NCBI GenBank assembly: GCA_001603035.1
Contig: LVAS01000063.1
Location: 260,506 to 324,505 of the forward strand
Reading direction: 5' to 3'
DNA length: 64,000 nt
Origin: Clostridiales bacterium Firm_13
GTDB lineage: Bacteria; Bacillota; Clostridia; Saccharofermentanales; Saccharofermentanaceae
Position 1 is the first letter of the stretch. Every line of letters begins with the position of its first letter. The translations under genes and the position numbers were made by a program. Shown here in pieces: positions 16,870-28,937 of the stretch. A model generated the notes under the pieces. That model did no database searches, had not been told where the DNA came from, and worked only from the letters and a program-made list of their open reading frames with translations.

Positions 16870-18576
16870 TTATTTATATTCGCGTTTGATCTTTCGTGAA
16901 GTCGTCTTTTCAAATTCCGTATCCCGTACCTTGATTCTTCGGATGTGCTTGTATGGGACAAGTTGTTCGTTTACCTTACGAACCTCAGCCTCAAAAAGCT
17001 TCTGTACTGCATCCGGAGATGGTTCCTTCCCGAGGGCCGCTTCGACCGCTTCACTGTTCGGGTAGATTTCAACGGTGACAACAATATCATCTTTCCCGTC
17101 ATCCTGACCGGAGACAAGCGATTCCGCGACGAAACTTGAACGAGAAAGAAGCGACTCGATTTCTTCCGGGAAGATGTTCTTGCCGTTCTTTGAAATAATG
17201 ACATTCTTCTTGCGACCTGTGATAAGAACGAATCCGTTCTCGTCAAGAAATCCGAGATCGCCTGAATGATAATATCCATCCGCATCGATAGCGGCGGCCG
17301 TCGCTTCGGGATTCTCATAATAACCGATCATGACATTCGGGCCCTTACCGATTATCTCGCCGATACCGTTTTCATCCTTATCAATAATCTTCACATCGAC
17401 ACAGGGTAAGGGCAACCCCGCCGCGCGGTTATTAAAATCTACGTCGCGATTTAGCGCGAGGATCGGCGCGCACTCCGTCAAGCCGTAGCCTTGTACACAA
17501 GGAAACCCAAGATCCTGAAGGTTCTTAAGAATCATCGGATCAATAGCCGCTCCGCCCGAGATCATCATGCGAAGATGCCCGCCAAATCCATCATGAACCG
17601 TCTTAAAAATCTTCTTTCTTGTGTCGATTCCGACACGACGTAATCCGCGTGTCAGCGTCATCGCAAAATTGAATTTGCGCTCCATCTTCTTATCGGCTTT
17701 GGCCTTCTTCATAATGCCGCGATAAAACATCTCCAACATCAGCGGAACGACGAGAATGATCGTCGTCTTTGCTTCTTGCATGTTCTTCGTGATATAGCGA
17801 AGCCCTTCGCATTGAGCGATTGTACATCCGCGGTAAATCGGGCAAAGGAATCCGCAGGTACATTCATAGGTATGGTGCAAAGGAAGCACCGACAAAAACA
17901 TATCGCCGGGGCCGATGTATAGCATCGAACACATACCTTCAAGATTCGCCGCAACATTTCTTTGCGAGAGCATGACTGCCTTGGCTTTATCCGTTGTTCC
18001 CGACGTAAAAAGAAGAATCGTCATCGCTTCCGGATCAATCTCTGCATCCAAAAATACGCGATCACCGGAATCAAGGCGTGTATTGCCGTCACGTATCAGA
18101 TCCCAGAAGTATCTCGCGTCATTTCCTTCCTTCGGCTCATCCATGCAGACAAAGTGCTTCACCGTCGGAATCTGATCCCGAATCTCATCGATCACCGACT
18201 GCTTGGAACTGGAATAAACAATACAATCCGCATAGGAACGGTTCAGAAGACTGGCGATTTCCTGCTTAGGAAGTTCCTTGTCAAGCGGAATAACAATTCC
18301 CGTACCGTTCGTGACAGCCAGGTAAGTGACATACCATTCGTAACGGGTCTCGGCAATAATAGCAATGCGGCTGCCGTGGCCGGAAAGATGACAAAGTGAT
18401 GTGCCTAACGCCTGAATATCGTCACTATATTGCTTATACGAAATGCCGGTATAAGCCTCACCTTTGTTCTTCTTAATAAGAAAAGCATCCTTTTCTCTGT
18501 ACAGGTTAACACTCTGCTGGAGCATATCACGCAGATCTCGAATCTTGCGGACTTCATATAATGGGATGTTCTTCAT
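16870..18576 (-). CDS. Long-chain acyl-CoA synthetase (AMP-forming)
   Basis: AMP-binding motifs LFTSGTTDKAKAV, GYGLTE and YHSGDLG. Start trimmed to the ATG at 18576 (MKNIPLYEV) behind GGGAGA. Confidence 0.75.
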   Translation of the reverse strand: MKNIPLYEVRKIRDLRDMLQQSVNLYREKDAFLIKKNKGEAYTGISYKQYSDDIQALGTSLCHLSGHGSRIAIIAETRYEWYVTYLAVTNGTGIVIPLDKELPKQEIASLLNRSYADCIVYSSSKQSVIDEIRDQIPTVKHFVCMDEPKEGNDARYFWDLIRDGNTRLDSGDRVFLDAEIDPEAMTILLFTSGTTDKAKAVMLSQRNVAANLEGMCSMLYIGPGDMFLSVLPLHHTYECTCGFLCPIYRGCTIAQCEGLRYITKNMQEAKTTIILVVPLMLEMFYRGIMKKAKADKKMERKFNFAMTLTRGLRRVGIDTRKKIFKTVHDGFGGHLRMMISGGAAIDPMILKNLQDLGFPCVQGYGLTECAPILALNRDVDFNNRAAGLPLPCVDVKIIDKDENGIGEIIGKGPNVMIGYYENPEATAAAIDADGYYHSGDLGFLDENGFVLITGRKKNVIISKNGKNIFPEEIESLLSRSSFVAESLVSGQDDGKDDIVVTVEIYPNSEAVEAALGKEPSPDAVQKLFEAEVRKVNEQLVPYKHIRRIKVRDTEFEKTTSRKIKREYK

Positions 18577-18677
18577 ATCGCTTTCTCCCGTCTCGTGCAA
18601 TGCAGTTATTCCTTTGAAAGTCAAGATAAAATCAGTATACCCGAAGCCCAAAATGGATTCAATAACGAATCGGAAAA

Positions 18678-19250
18678 TCAATCGGGAATACGGTAATTCC
18701 GGAGAAGCTTACGTTTTGATTTGGGAGAAGAGATCCACTGCGCGAGTAAATCCCAGAAAGCGGACGAGTGGTTCCAGACATAGAGATGGCAAAGCTCATG
18801 ATAAAGAACATATTGAAACAGCTCGTCCGGCAAGAACGACAAGTATCCGTTCAAAGAAATATTCCCAATCGTTGAGCAACTCCCCCACCGCGTTTTGGAG
18901 AAACGAATAAAGATCTTTTTCGGCATTTTGCCTTCATAGCATTGAAGAAAGAGATTGGCGCGTTCGCGAACGTTTTGGGCGGCAATCTTCTTTTCGGTTG
19001 TGGTGAGAGTCGGTAGCATTACCGCGCTCTCCCCTTCTCGTCTTTTGTTATCGATCCAAGAACTTTTTTTGTCGACAAAATCGCAAAGCACAGAAGGATC
19101 AACGTGGTACGGCGCACGAACAAATAGTTGCCCGTCGTCCGCGACAGTGATCGTCACCGTTCTTCCCTTTCGAAATTGAACCGAAAACGAATACCCAGCA
19201 TCGGAAATGAGTTGCGAAAACCGTTCTTTCTTCGTCATTCTTAACGGCAA
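18678..19250 (-). CDS. YgjP-like (DUF45 / M48 family) metal-dependent hydrolase
   Basis: The HExxH-containing segment VLYHELCHLYVWNHSSAFW is typical of the YgjP/DUF45 family. Confidence 0.65.
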   Translation of the reverse strand: MPLRMTKKERFSQLISDAGYSFSVQFRKGRTVTITVADDGQLFVRAPYHVDPSVLCDFVDKKSSWIDNKRREGESAVMLPTLTTTEKKIAAQNVRERANLFLQCYEGKMPKKIFIRFSKTRWGSCSTIGNISLNGYLSFLPDELFQYVLYHELCHLYVWNHSSAFWDLLAQWISSPKSKRKLLRNYRIPD

Positions 19251-20104
19251 ACCGGGGGCGCGTAGCCCTTTTCAATCGCCATCTCCGCTCGCTCCCGCGC
19301 CTTCCCGCCCAAAGCGATCTGTTGCGCAATAAAATCCGGATGTGACAGTAAGAAACTCGACATAAAGTCGGTCGGATTTAGAATAAAGGAACGCACGACG
19401 TGAAATTGGCTTTCGGTAATTGCTCCGATTTCCAGTGCGCTTTCGAAGAGCGAAAGGTCGATTTCGCTTAATGCATGCATTGTAACGCCTTCACGACGCA
19501 ACACCGATTCTCCGTCCTGTTTACGATTGACGACGGTGATCGTATCACAAATTTCGGCCCCCAACTCTCTTATAACAGGAATCCAAGCACGCTCATAACT
19601 GGATGCTTCCGTAATCAGATCCGAAATATGAAGAATCCGCATCCCGGAAACGGAACCCTCTTCGACTGCTTCGGTCTTCATCAATTGCACATCGGTGTAC
19701 ACGGCGCTTCTATCCTTAAAAATAGACAGATGCGGCTTTCCCAAAATTGCGGCCGGGAGAAGCGAAAAGAAAAAATCTCTTCTCTCGCCGCCCGATATAC
19801 AATCAAACGGGAGCGTCTTGGTAACGGAGACGATTTGGTCGGTCACCAATCGAAATGTTTGATTCGTCGCATACTGATTCTTTAAAACGTCCAGAAGGAC
19901 AGAAGGAAATGTTAAGCGATCTTCGTAAGCCGCTGTCTCAATCAAGCGAAGAAGCTCGGACGCTTCCTCTTCGCTCCCGTACAAAAAATGTGTGTTTATA
20001 TAAAAGGGTCCGAGCATTCCAGACGTGTACCAAAAGGGCTGATCCGGCATGCAAACTCGGATCGCATTGGTTCGAAACAGTGCGTCAATAATCAAATTGC
20101 TCAT
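19241..20104 (-). CDS. Orotate phosphoribosyltransferase-like protein, atypical long form
   Basis: The N-terminus ALFRTNAIRVCMPDQPFWYTSGMLGPFYINTHF parallels the PyrE pattern (AV.f....PFtwaSG..SPiY.D.R). The PRPP-loop position reads ILHISDLITEASS instead of vvieDlisTGGS. It is the last gene of the pyr operon. Start trimmed to the ATG at 20104 (MSNLIIDAL). Confidence 0.5.
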   Translation of the reverse strand: MSNLIIDALFRTNAIRVCMPDQPFWYTSGMLGPFYINTHFLYGSEEEASELLRLIETAAYEDRLTFPSVLLDVLKNQYATNQTFRLVTDQIVSVTKTLPFDCISGGERRDFFFSLLPAAILGKPHLSIFKDRSAVYTDVQLMKTEAVEEGSVSGMRILHISDLITEASSYERAWIPVIRELGAEICDTITVVNRKQDGESVLRREGVTMHALSEIDLSLFESALEIGAITESQFHVVRSFILNPTDFMSSFLLSHPDFIAQQIALGGKARERAEMAIEKGYAPPVCR

Positions 20105-20129
20105 ATAAATATTCTCCAAATTGTCGAAA

Positions 20130-21047
20130 TTACCAGCGCAAAAGGGTCCCGGTAAGATCGGACAGACGTTCAATAGACTCGGACTCGGCATAGCAAATTA
20201 AGTCATTTGTTATTTTCTCACAGATTCCGGGATGGAGCAAAGACATTGTTCCGATTTGAACGGCACTTGCCCCGGCAATCATGAATTCAATCACGTCTTT
20301 CGCTGAAGCAATTCCTCCGCAACCGATAATCGGGATATGCAATACCTGGTCACATTCCGCGATCATTCGAAGCGCGATCGGTTTAATCGCGGGGCCGGAT
20401 AGGCCTCCTGTATTATTTTGAAGAACAGGTCTTCTCGACTTGATGTCAATTGCCATTCCAAGCAGTGTATTGATCAGTACGACTGCACCGGCACCGGCAT
20501 TCTCAGCGGCAAGTGCCGTTTCGGTTATCGAGGTGACATTCGGCGTCAACTTAACCCAAACGGGTTTGTCGGTATACTCGCGAACCCCTTTGACGATTTG
20601 GTAAACCCCTTCTTCGGAAGCGCCAAAGGTCATGCAGCCTTCTTTAACATTCGGACAAGAGAGATTCAATTCAATGACGTCCACAGGAACGGAAGGATCC
20701 CCCAAGATTTGCGCCATCCGAAAATAATCGTCCGTGTCATGACCGGCGACATTGACGATAATCTTCGTACCGAAGGAGCGCATATTCGGAAGTTCATCGC
20801 GAAGAAACGCATGGACACCGGGATTCTGCAAGCCGACGCTGTTGAGCATGCCCGAAGGAGTCTCTGCAGTGCGACAGCCCTCATTTCCCAAGCGGGGCAT
20901 AAGAGTCAGACCTTTCGTGCAGATTCCTCCGATCACAAACAGATCCTCGTATTCAGCAACTTCTCTTCCGAATCCACAAGTACCGGATGCAAGAAGAAGC
21001 GGGCTTTTCAGAACCGTCGGACCGACACGGACTGTAAGATCTACCAT
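20130..21047 (-). CDS. pyrD: Dihydroorotate dehydrogenase 1B, catalytic subunit
   Basis: [20 protein letters not shown] and GGIASAKD motifs, with pyrK immediately upstream. Confidence 0.85.
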   Translation of the reverse strand: MVDLTVRVGPTVLKSPLLLASGTCGFGREVAEYEDLFVIGGICTKGLTLMPRLGNEGCRTAETPSGMLNSVGLQNPGVHAFLRDELPNMRSFGTKIIVNVAGHDTDDYFRMAQILGDPSVPVDVIELNLSCPNVKEGCMTFGASEEGVYQIVKGVREYTDKPVWVKLTPNVTSITETALAAENAGAGAVVLINTLLGMAIDIKSRRPVLQNNTGGLSGPAIKPIALRMIAECDQVLHIPIIGCGGIASAKDVIEFMIAGASAVQIGTMSLLHPGICEKITNDLICYAESESIERLSDLTGTLLRW

Positions 21048-21823
21048 ATTACCTCCGACGCCGCAAAAACAGGGCCTTCTTTACAACAACGGACGTGTCG
21101 GAAAGGTTCACCTTCCGCTTCGGCTTTCACTTTACAGACACATACGAGACACGCGCCAATGCCGCATGCCATACGTTTTTCGAGAGATACTTGGCAGAAA
21201 AGTCCGGCGCCATCCGCCCACTTTGCAACATTTTTCATCATAATCTCCGGACCGACCGTCATGAGAATCGCGTCTTTCATCTCCTCCTTCGTTAGTTCCG
21301 AAAGAAGGTTGACAACATTTCCTTTTGTCCCGAAGTCACCCGCATCGGTAGAGATACGAACCTGGTCGGCGACTTCCTCAAAAGAGGATAATAGAATAAT
21401 ATCCGACTTTGATCGAAATCCATTGAGACTAAGAGACGGAATTCCGAGCTCTCTTGCACGCTTTAAAGCAAAGCGCAAAGGAAAGATCCCGGTGCCGCCG
21501 CCGATCGCGATAATACGTTTCGTTTGATCAAAGACAAACCCGTTGCCAAGCGGTCCGAGCACTTCAAAAAAAGTACCGGGCACCGCGTCGCATATATAGC
21601 CGGTACCGGCGCCGATTCGACGCACTCCGATCGAAAACGTCCCCGCTTCCGGATCCGTATCAAGTACACCGAATGGCCTTTTCAGAAATAAATCCGAAGA
21701 TACATTCACAAATTGTCCGGGATTTGCCGCTGCCGCAATTTCCTTAGATCGGAATGTCAGCACATGTGTCGCCGAACCCACCGCGACATTGGAAAGAAGA
21801 GGAATTCGATATTCCTTTTTCAT
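21041..21823 (-). CDS. pyrK: Dihydroorotate dehydrogenase 1B, electron-transfer subunit
   Basis: FAD/NAD-binding fold (RPFGV, IGGGTGIFP) and a C-terminal 2Fe-2S Cys cluster, CGIGACLVCVC...CC. Confidence 0.8.
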   Translation of the reverse strand: MKKEYRIPLLSNVAVGSATHVLTFRSKEIAAAANPGQFVNVSSDLFLKRPFGVLDTDPEAGTFSIGVRRIGAGTGYICDAVPGTFFEVLGPLGNGFVFDQTKRIIAIGGGTGIFPLRFALKRARELGIPSLSLNGFRSKSDIILLSSFEEVADQVRISTDAGDFGTKGNVVNLLSELTKEEMKDAILMTVGPEIMMKNVAKWADGAGLFCQVSLEKRMACGIGACLVCVCKVKAEAEGEPFRHVRCCKEGPVFAASEVIW

Positions 21824-21831
21824 GAATCCTC

Positions 21832-24800
21832 CTATTTCATCAGCATCTTGTTCTCTGGGGGAGTCTCGTTCTCGGGAATCTCATGAAAGCGCGTTCGCGA
21901 TACGATTTCCGCAAAAGTTGACAATTCATAGGCGATCAAATCCGACGGACGGATTCCGCGTTCAAGGCACTCAATCACGGCGACAAGTGTATCAAGCGAA
22001 GTAATGGTAGGAACTCCGTGCTCAATGCAGGTTCGGCGTAACCGGAACCCATTATTGACCATAACGGCACCGTTTGCCTCTGTATTTACAAGCAACTTGA
22101 TTTTACCCTGCGCGACATAGTCCAGCGAATTCGGAGACATCTCCTCCATCTTGCGGACGCTGCTCGTGGGGATTCCCGCGCGATTTAAATAGTTCGCTGT
22201 ACCGCCGGTTCCATACAATTCGAATCCTAATTGCAACAATTTTTCGGCAAGCGGTATGAGGTCTCTCTTGTCGCTGTCTCGCACCGTAAGCAGGATTCCT
22301 TCCCCTTTTTTAGGGAATTTGAAACCCGATGCGAGAATCGCTTTATACATCGCCTGCGCATAACTCGTTGAAAGCCCGAGAACCTCTCCCGTGCTCTTCA
22401 TCTCCGGCCCGAGACTGACATCGACATCGTGGAGCTTTTCAAAAGAGAATACCGGTGCCTTAATCGCATAAACCCACGGGTATCGGGCATAGAGTCCCGT
22501 CCCGTAATCAAAGTCAGCCAATTTCTGACCTAACATGATACTTGTCGCAAGGTCGACAATCGGAATACCCGTGACCTTACTGATATAGGGGACAGTTCTC
22601 GAAGATCGCGGATTGACTTCAATGACGTACACTTCATCATTAAAAAGAATGAACTGAATATTCACGAGGCCGATGACTTGAAGCGAAAGAGCAAGTTTTC
22701 GTGTGTATTCGACAATCGTATCTCGAATGTGATTGGGGATGTAGGCCGGAAAGATGGAGATCGAATCACCCGAGTGAACTCCCGCACGTTCGAGATGTTC
22801 CATAATACCGGGGATCAGAATCTCTTTTCCGTCACAGACAGCATCGACTTCGAGCTCCACGCCGCGCAGATACTTATCGACAAGAATCGGATGTTCTTGT
22901 TCGACCAGGTTAATAATGCGCATGTATTCCGCCATTTCCTGATCGTTGTACACGATCGCCATTCCTTGCCCGCCAAGAACGTAGGAGGGTCTTACAAGGA
23001 CCGGATACGTGAGTTGATTTGCGGTTCGAATTGCCTCCTCGAGTGTGAATACGGTTCCGCCGGCGGGACGTTTAATCGCACATTCTTCAAGAATACGATC
23101 AAATCTTTCTCGGTCTTCCGCCGCGTCAACCATATTTGCCGAAGTTCCGAAAATCGGCACTCCCATATCTGATACAGCCTGAATCAGCTTAATGGCAGTC
23201 TGTCCGCCGAATTGACAGATACATCCGTCCGGCTTTTCGTTCTCGACAATCGCACGAACATCGTCTGCCGTAAGCGGCTCGAAATAGAGTCGATCCGAGG
23301 TATCGAAATCCGTAGAAACGGTCTCCGGATTATTGTTGGCAATAATCGCCTCATAGCCCAGTTTGCGCAATGCCCAAACAGAATGTACCGAACAGTAATC
23401 AAATTCGATTCCTTGCCCGATCCGAATCGGTCCGGATCCGAGCACAAGGACCTTCTTGCGATCTGTACGCTCCGCCTCGTTTGTTCTGTCAAATGTGGAA
23501 TAGTAATACGGTGTGACAGCTTTGTATTCTCCGGCGCATGTGTCAACCATCTTGTATGTGTGAAGAAGGCCCAATTGTTTTCTTTGTTCGCGAATCTTGT
23601 TTGCCGGGATTCCGGTTAACTTGGCAATATAAGAATCCGTAAACGCCATCGGAACGACTTTTTTAAGAAGGTCATCCGATATGATGTCGGAGCCGTGAAT
23701 TGCGATTAATTCCTCCTCCGCCTGTACTAATCGGCGCAATTTTCGAAGAAAAAATTTGTCGACAAGCGTCCTTTGATACAGCGATTCATCATCATATCCG
23801 CGGCGAATCGCTTCGGCAAGGACAAACATACGCATGTCGTCGACCGTATTCAATTGAGAATCAAGCGCTTCATCCGACAGAGAATGAATTCTCGGAACCA
23901 GAAGCCCATATATATTAAGCTCGAGGGACCGAATTGCCTTCATGAGAGAAGCTTCAAAAGTGTTGGCGATGGACATCACTTCGCCGGTTGCTTTCATCTG
24001 CGTTCCCAGTGTTCTTTTCGCTTTGACAAATTTGTCGAAAGGAAACTTAGGTATCTTTGTCACGATATAGTCAAGTGCGGGCTCAAAACACGCTTTCGTA
24101 CACCCCGTGACTTCATTTCTTATTTCATCCAGAGAATAGCCACAGGCAATCTTGGAGGCAACTTTGGCAATCGGATATCCGGTTGCCTTTGATGCCAATG
24201 CCGAAGAGCGGGATAATCGGGGATTGACTTCAATAACCGCATAATCCGGAAGAGTCGGGTGCTGTGCAAATTGCACATTGCAGCCGCCGACAATATTCAA
24301 TTCCTCGACAATTTTGAGAGCGGATGTACGAAGCGTTTGGTATTCCGTATCCGTTAAGGTCTGGGCAGGCGCGACAACAATCGAATCTCCGGTGTGAACA
24401 CCAACCGGGTCAAAATTCTCCATAGAACAGATCGTAATCTTATTGCCCTTCGCGTCACGAACGGCTTCGAATTCAATTTCTTTCCAGCCCGCAATACTTT
24501 TCTCGATCAGAACTTGATGAACACGACTTACCGCAAGGCCGTTGGATGCGACTTCATTCAACTCCTTCTCGTCGGCGACGATACCTCCTCCCGTTCCGCC
24601 CAATGTAAATGCGGGGCGAACGATAACAGGATATCCGATGTCAAGTGCGATCCGCCGACAATCTTCGACGGTGTGTGCCGTTTGCGAAGGGATGCAAGGT
24701 TCATTGATTCGTAGCATCGCAGCGCGAAAATCCTCACGATCTTCCCCCTTCTTGATTCCCTCCGCCGAAGTTCCCATAAGTGTGACGCCGTGCTCGTTAA

Positions 24801-25122
24801 GGAAACCGGATTCTGACAATTCCATCGCGAAATTTAAGCCTGTCTGTCCTCCGAGCGATGCGAGAAGACCGTCAATCTTCTCGTCAAGGATCAGCTTCTT
24901 GATCACATCAATTTGAAGAGGTTCCAGATAGACTTTATCTGCCATATCGGGATCCGTCATGATTGTCGCAGGATTACTGTTGACAAGTACAACGTAAAAT
25001 CCTTCCGATTTCAGCGCTCGACACGCTTGCGTCCCCGCATAATCGAATTCGGCTGCCTGTCCGATAATAATCGGGCCGGAACCGATAACCATTACCCGGT
25101 TTACATCATTTCTTCTGGGCAT
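21832..25122 (-). CDS. carB: Carbamoyl-phosphate synthase large subunit
   Basis: Duplicated ATP-grasp halves. VMVIGSGPIIIGQAAEFDYAGTQA is repeated as VLVLGSGPIRIGQGIEFDYCSVH. An MGS-like C-terminus is present. Start set to the ATG at 25122 (MPRRNDV) behind AAAGGAGA. Confidence 0.9.
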   Translation of the reverse strand: MPRRNDVNRVMVIGSGPIIIGQAAEFDYAGTQACRALKSEGFYVVLVNSNPATIMTDPDMADKVYLEPLQIDVIKKLILDEKIDGLLASLGGQTGLNFAMELSESGFLNEHGVTLMGTSAEGIKKGEDREDFRAAMLRINEPCIPSQTAHTVEDCRRIALDIGYPVIVRPAFTLGGTGGGIVADEKELNEVASNGLAVSRVHQVLIEKSIAGWKEIEFEAVRDAKGNKITICSMENFDPVGVHTGDSIVVAPAQTLTDTEYQTLRTSALKIVEELNIVGGCNVQFAQHPTLPDYAVIEVNPRLSRSSALASKATGYPIAKVASKIACGYSLDEIRNEVTGCTKACFEPALDYIVTKIPKFPFDKFVKAKRTLGTQMKATGEVMSIANTFEASLMKAIRSLELNIYGLLVPRIHSLSDEALDSQLNTVDDMRMFVLAEAIRRGYDDESLYQRTLVDKFFLRKLRRLVQAEEELIAIHGSDIISDDLLKKVVPMAFTDSYIAKLTGIPANKIREQRKQLGLLHTYKMVDTCAGEYKAVTPYYYSTFDRTNEAERTDRKKVLVLGSGPIRIGQGIEFDYCSVHSVWALRKLGYEAIIANNNPETVSTDFDTSDRLYFEPLTADDVRAIVENEKPDGCICQFGGQTAIKLIQAVSDMGVPIFGTSANMVDAAEDRERFDRILEECAIKRPAGGTVFTLEEAIRTANQLTYPVLVRPSYVLGGQGMAIVYNDQEMAEYMRIINLVEQEHPILVDKYLRGVELEVDAVCDGKEILIPGIMEHLERAGVHSGDSISIFPAYIPNHIRDTIVEYTRKLALSLQVIGLVNIQFILFNDEVYVIEVNPRSSRTVPYISKVTGIPIVDLATSIMLGQKLADFDYGTGLYARYPWVYAIKAPVFSFEKLHDVDVSLGPEMKSTGEVLGLSTSYAQAMYKAILASGFKFPKKGEGILLTVRDSDKRDLIPLAEKLLQLGFELYGTGGTANYLNRAGIPTSSVRKMEEMSPNSLDYVAQGKIKLLVNTEANGAVMVNNGFRLRRTCIEHGVPTITSLDTLVAVIECLERGIRPSDLIAYELSTFAEIVSRTRFHEIPENETPPENKMLMK

Positions 25123-25173
25123 TCTTATCTCCTTTAGCAGCTCGTTGCTGATATTTATTCTCGCATCTGTATG

Positions 25174-25202
25174 ATTATACATTTGCTTTTTGAAAACGGC
25201 AA
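25174..25202 (-). promoter_or_regulatory. Candidate internal promoter ahead of carB
   Basis: Minus strand reads TTGCCG-17 nt-TATAAT with TGn extension (ATGTATAAT), in the 84-nt pyrF-carB gap. Confidence 0.4.
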
Positions 25203-25206
25203 GTCG

Positions 25207-26166
25207 TCACACGTTTTCGGCAAGAATTTTGTTCTTGATTGCAAGGCGAAGATCGTCTCGCATCCGAATCGCCTCATTACGAGTGGCGATCGCGTAGTCA
25301 TTTTGAGAAAGATCCGGGCATTTTTGGTACGCGCACATCAGGCTTCGAGACGCATTCACAATGGCGCCTTTTCCATTTCGATCAAAGTTCACTGCAGCCG
25401 CCGCCCCGCTTCCGCCTTGCGTTCCGTATCCCGGCACCAGAATCGGCGAATGGCGCAGAATATCACGTCGGAGTTTTCCGGCTTGTTCCGGCCAGGTAGC
25501 ACCGACCACGGCCCCGATGGAGCTGTATCCGTGCGCGCCGATCAACTCACTTCCCCATTCTTCTACCTTGCGTGCGACATTTTCGTACAGCGGAGTCCCG
25601 TCCTCAAGAAGGAGGTCCTGAAAATCACCGGCGGATGGATTTGAGGTGCGAACCAGGATGAAGAGTCCTTTCCCTCTTTCTTTGGCAACCTTACAGAAGG
25701 GCTCGATTCCGTCAATTCCCAGATACGCATTCACCGTCACGGCGTCCGCATCGATTCCGCTGTATTTCTTGCCATCCAGATGTGTCGTCGATCCCAAAAT
25801 AGCATCGGCATACGCCGCCGCCGTTGATCCGATATCATTTCGCTTGGCATCGGCGATAACGACCATGCCTTTGGATTTGGCGTAGTCGACCGTCTCCTTG
25901 AGCGCTTGTATTCCGGCAACGCCATAAAGCTCGTAATACGCGAACTGCGGCTTAACAGCCGGAACGATATCACAGACCGCGTCAATGAGTCCGCAGTTAA
26001 ATTCCAAAATCGCGGAAGCACCATTTACTTTGGGATCTCCCGATTTCTTTCTCCACTTGTCCAGAATAGGTTCCGGCACATACGAAAGAAGCGGATCCAA
26101 ACCCATAACCGTCGGATTGTTCAATTCGTCAATCCGATCGAAAAGATAATCAGAGAAGTTTCTCAT
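25207..26166 (-). CDS. pyrF: Orotidine 5'-phosphate decarboxylase, type 2 (long form)
   Basis: The pattern MGLDP...KPQFAYYE...ADAKRNDIGSTA...PGYGTQGG is typical of long-form PyrF, and the gene sits in the pyr operon. Confidence 0.8.
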   Translation of the reverse strand: MRNFSDYLFDRIDELNNPTVMGLDPLLSYVPEPILDKWRKKSGDPKVNGASAILEFNCGLIDAVCDIVPAVKPQFAYYELYGVAGIQALKETVDYAKSKGMVVIADAKRNDIGSTAAAYADAILGSTTHLDGKKYSGIDADAVTVNAYLGIDGIEPFCKVAKERGKGLFILVRTSNPSAGDFQDLLLEDGTPLYENVARKVEEWGSELIGAHGYSSIGAVVGATWPEQAGKLRRDILRHSPILVPGYGTQGGSGAAAAVNFDRNGKGAIVNASRSLMCAYQKCPDLSQNDYAIATRNEAIRMRDDLRLAIKNKILAENV

Positions 26167-27399
26167 AGGTTATTCTCCCTCCGCATATTGTCATACGTGT
26201 CTCCCCGTAGAGACGGTAACCGTCGTAAGGGGTGTTCCTCGCTTTACTTACCATTTTGTCCCGCTGAAAAGTAAATGCATTCTCCAGATCAAAGATCGCT
26301 ATATCCGCCGGCATACCGTCTTCTATCGCGCCTCGGTTCAGTCTGAACAAACGGCTTGGGTTACTCGACATGCATGCAATCAATTGATTGATCGTAAGAA
26401 TCTTGGTTCGTACAAGATAGGTATAACTGAGTGCAAACGCCGTCTCAAATCCAACGATCCCGTTATTGGCAAGAGAAAACTCGATTTCTTTCTCATCTTG
26501 ATGATGCGGAGCGTGGTCGGTAACAATTAAGTCGATCGTTCCGTCGCGAAGTCCTTCTTGAATGGCTTCGACATCTTCTTTTGTACGAAGAGGCGGATTC
26601 ATTTTCGCGTTCGTATCAAATCCAAGGCATGCTTCCTCCGTTAAAGTGAAATAGTGGGGACATGTCTCCGCCGTTATTCGAACACCGCGACGTTTCGCGT
26701 CTCGAATCATTCTGACCCCGCCTTTTGTACTTACATGGCAGATGTGAATCGGAAGACGCAAATACTCGGCAATCAGGATATCCCTCGCAATCATAATGTC
26801 TTCGGCGGCAGACGGAATTCCGCGAAGTCCGAGTTCTGTTGAGACGGAACCCTCGTTCATAACACCGTTTGCGAGAGACATTTCTTCACAGTGATTCAGA
26901 ACCGGCAAGTCGAAATCGGACGCATACTGAAGGACTTTCTTCAAAAGATCCGCTGTCGCGATCGGCTTCCCGTCGTCGGATACCGCAACAATACCCTCTT
27001 CGCGCATGAGGCCATATTCCGCAAGCTCTTTACCGGCAAGTCCTTTGCTGGCGGCGCCGATGGGGAAAACATTCGTATATCCTTCGCTGCGCGCTTTCGT
27101 TACGATGCTCCGGACGACAGATGCGTTGTCACAGACCGGATTCGTATTGGGCATCGGTAACAAAGATGTAAATCCGCCTTTGGCGGCGCTTCTTGTACCG
27201 CTCGCAATATCTTCTCTATATTCATATCCCGGATCACGCAAATGGCAATGCGCGTCAATAAGTCCCGGAAACGCAGCGGCGCCTTGTAAATCAACGGTAC
27301 GATCCGGCTCTCCGGTTAGTTTATTGACAAAAAACCCGTCTTCAATCAGAACTTCTTCTCTCTCGCAGCCAAAAAAGCGGCCGTGAATCAAACGCAATC

Positions 27400-27403
<4 letters not shown>
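26150..27403 (-). CDS. pyrC: Dihydroorotase
   Basis: Metal-binding DAHCHLRDPG, HICHVST and the VTDHAPH signature. Confidence 0.85.
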
Positions 27404-28913
<1,510 letters not shown>

Positions 28914-28937
28914 CTAAGAAATCCGAATAGGCAGGCA

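Noticed and set aside
20418-21527. A 369-aa plus-strand ORF spanning the pyrD/pyrK region.
   Set aside because: It is entirely antisense to two well-supported genes. It has low-complexity Arg/Ser-rich composition, no RBS and no recognisable motif, so it is most likely a chance open frame opposite coding sequence.
25148-25166. ARG-box-like AT-rich sequence (GAGAATAAATATCAG on the minus strand) in front of carB.
   Set aside because: It has five or more mismatches to the TGAATwwwwATTCA core, with no second tandem box.
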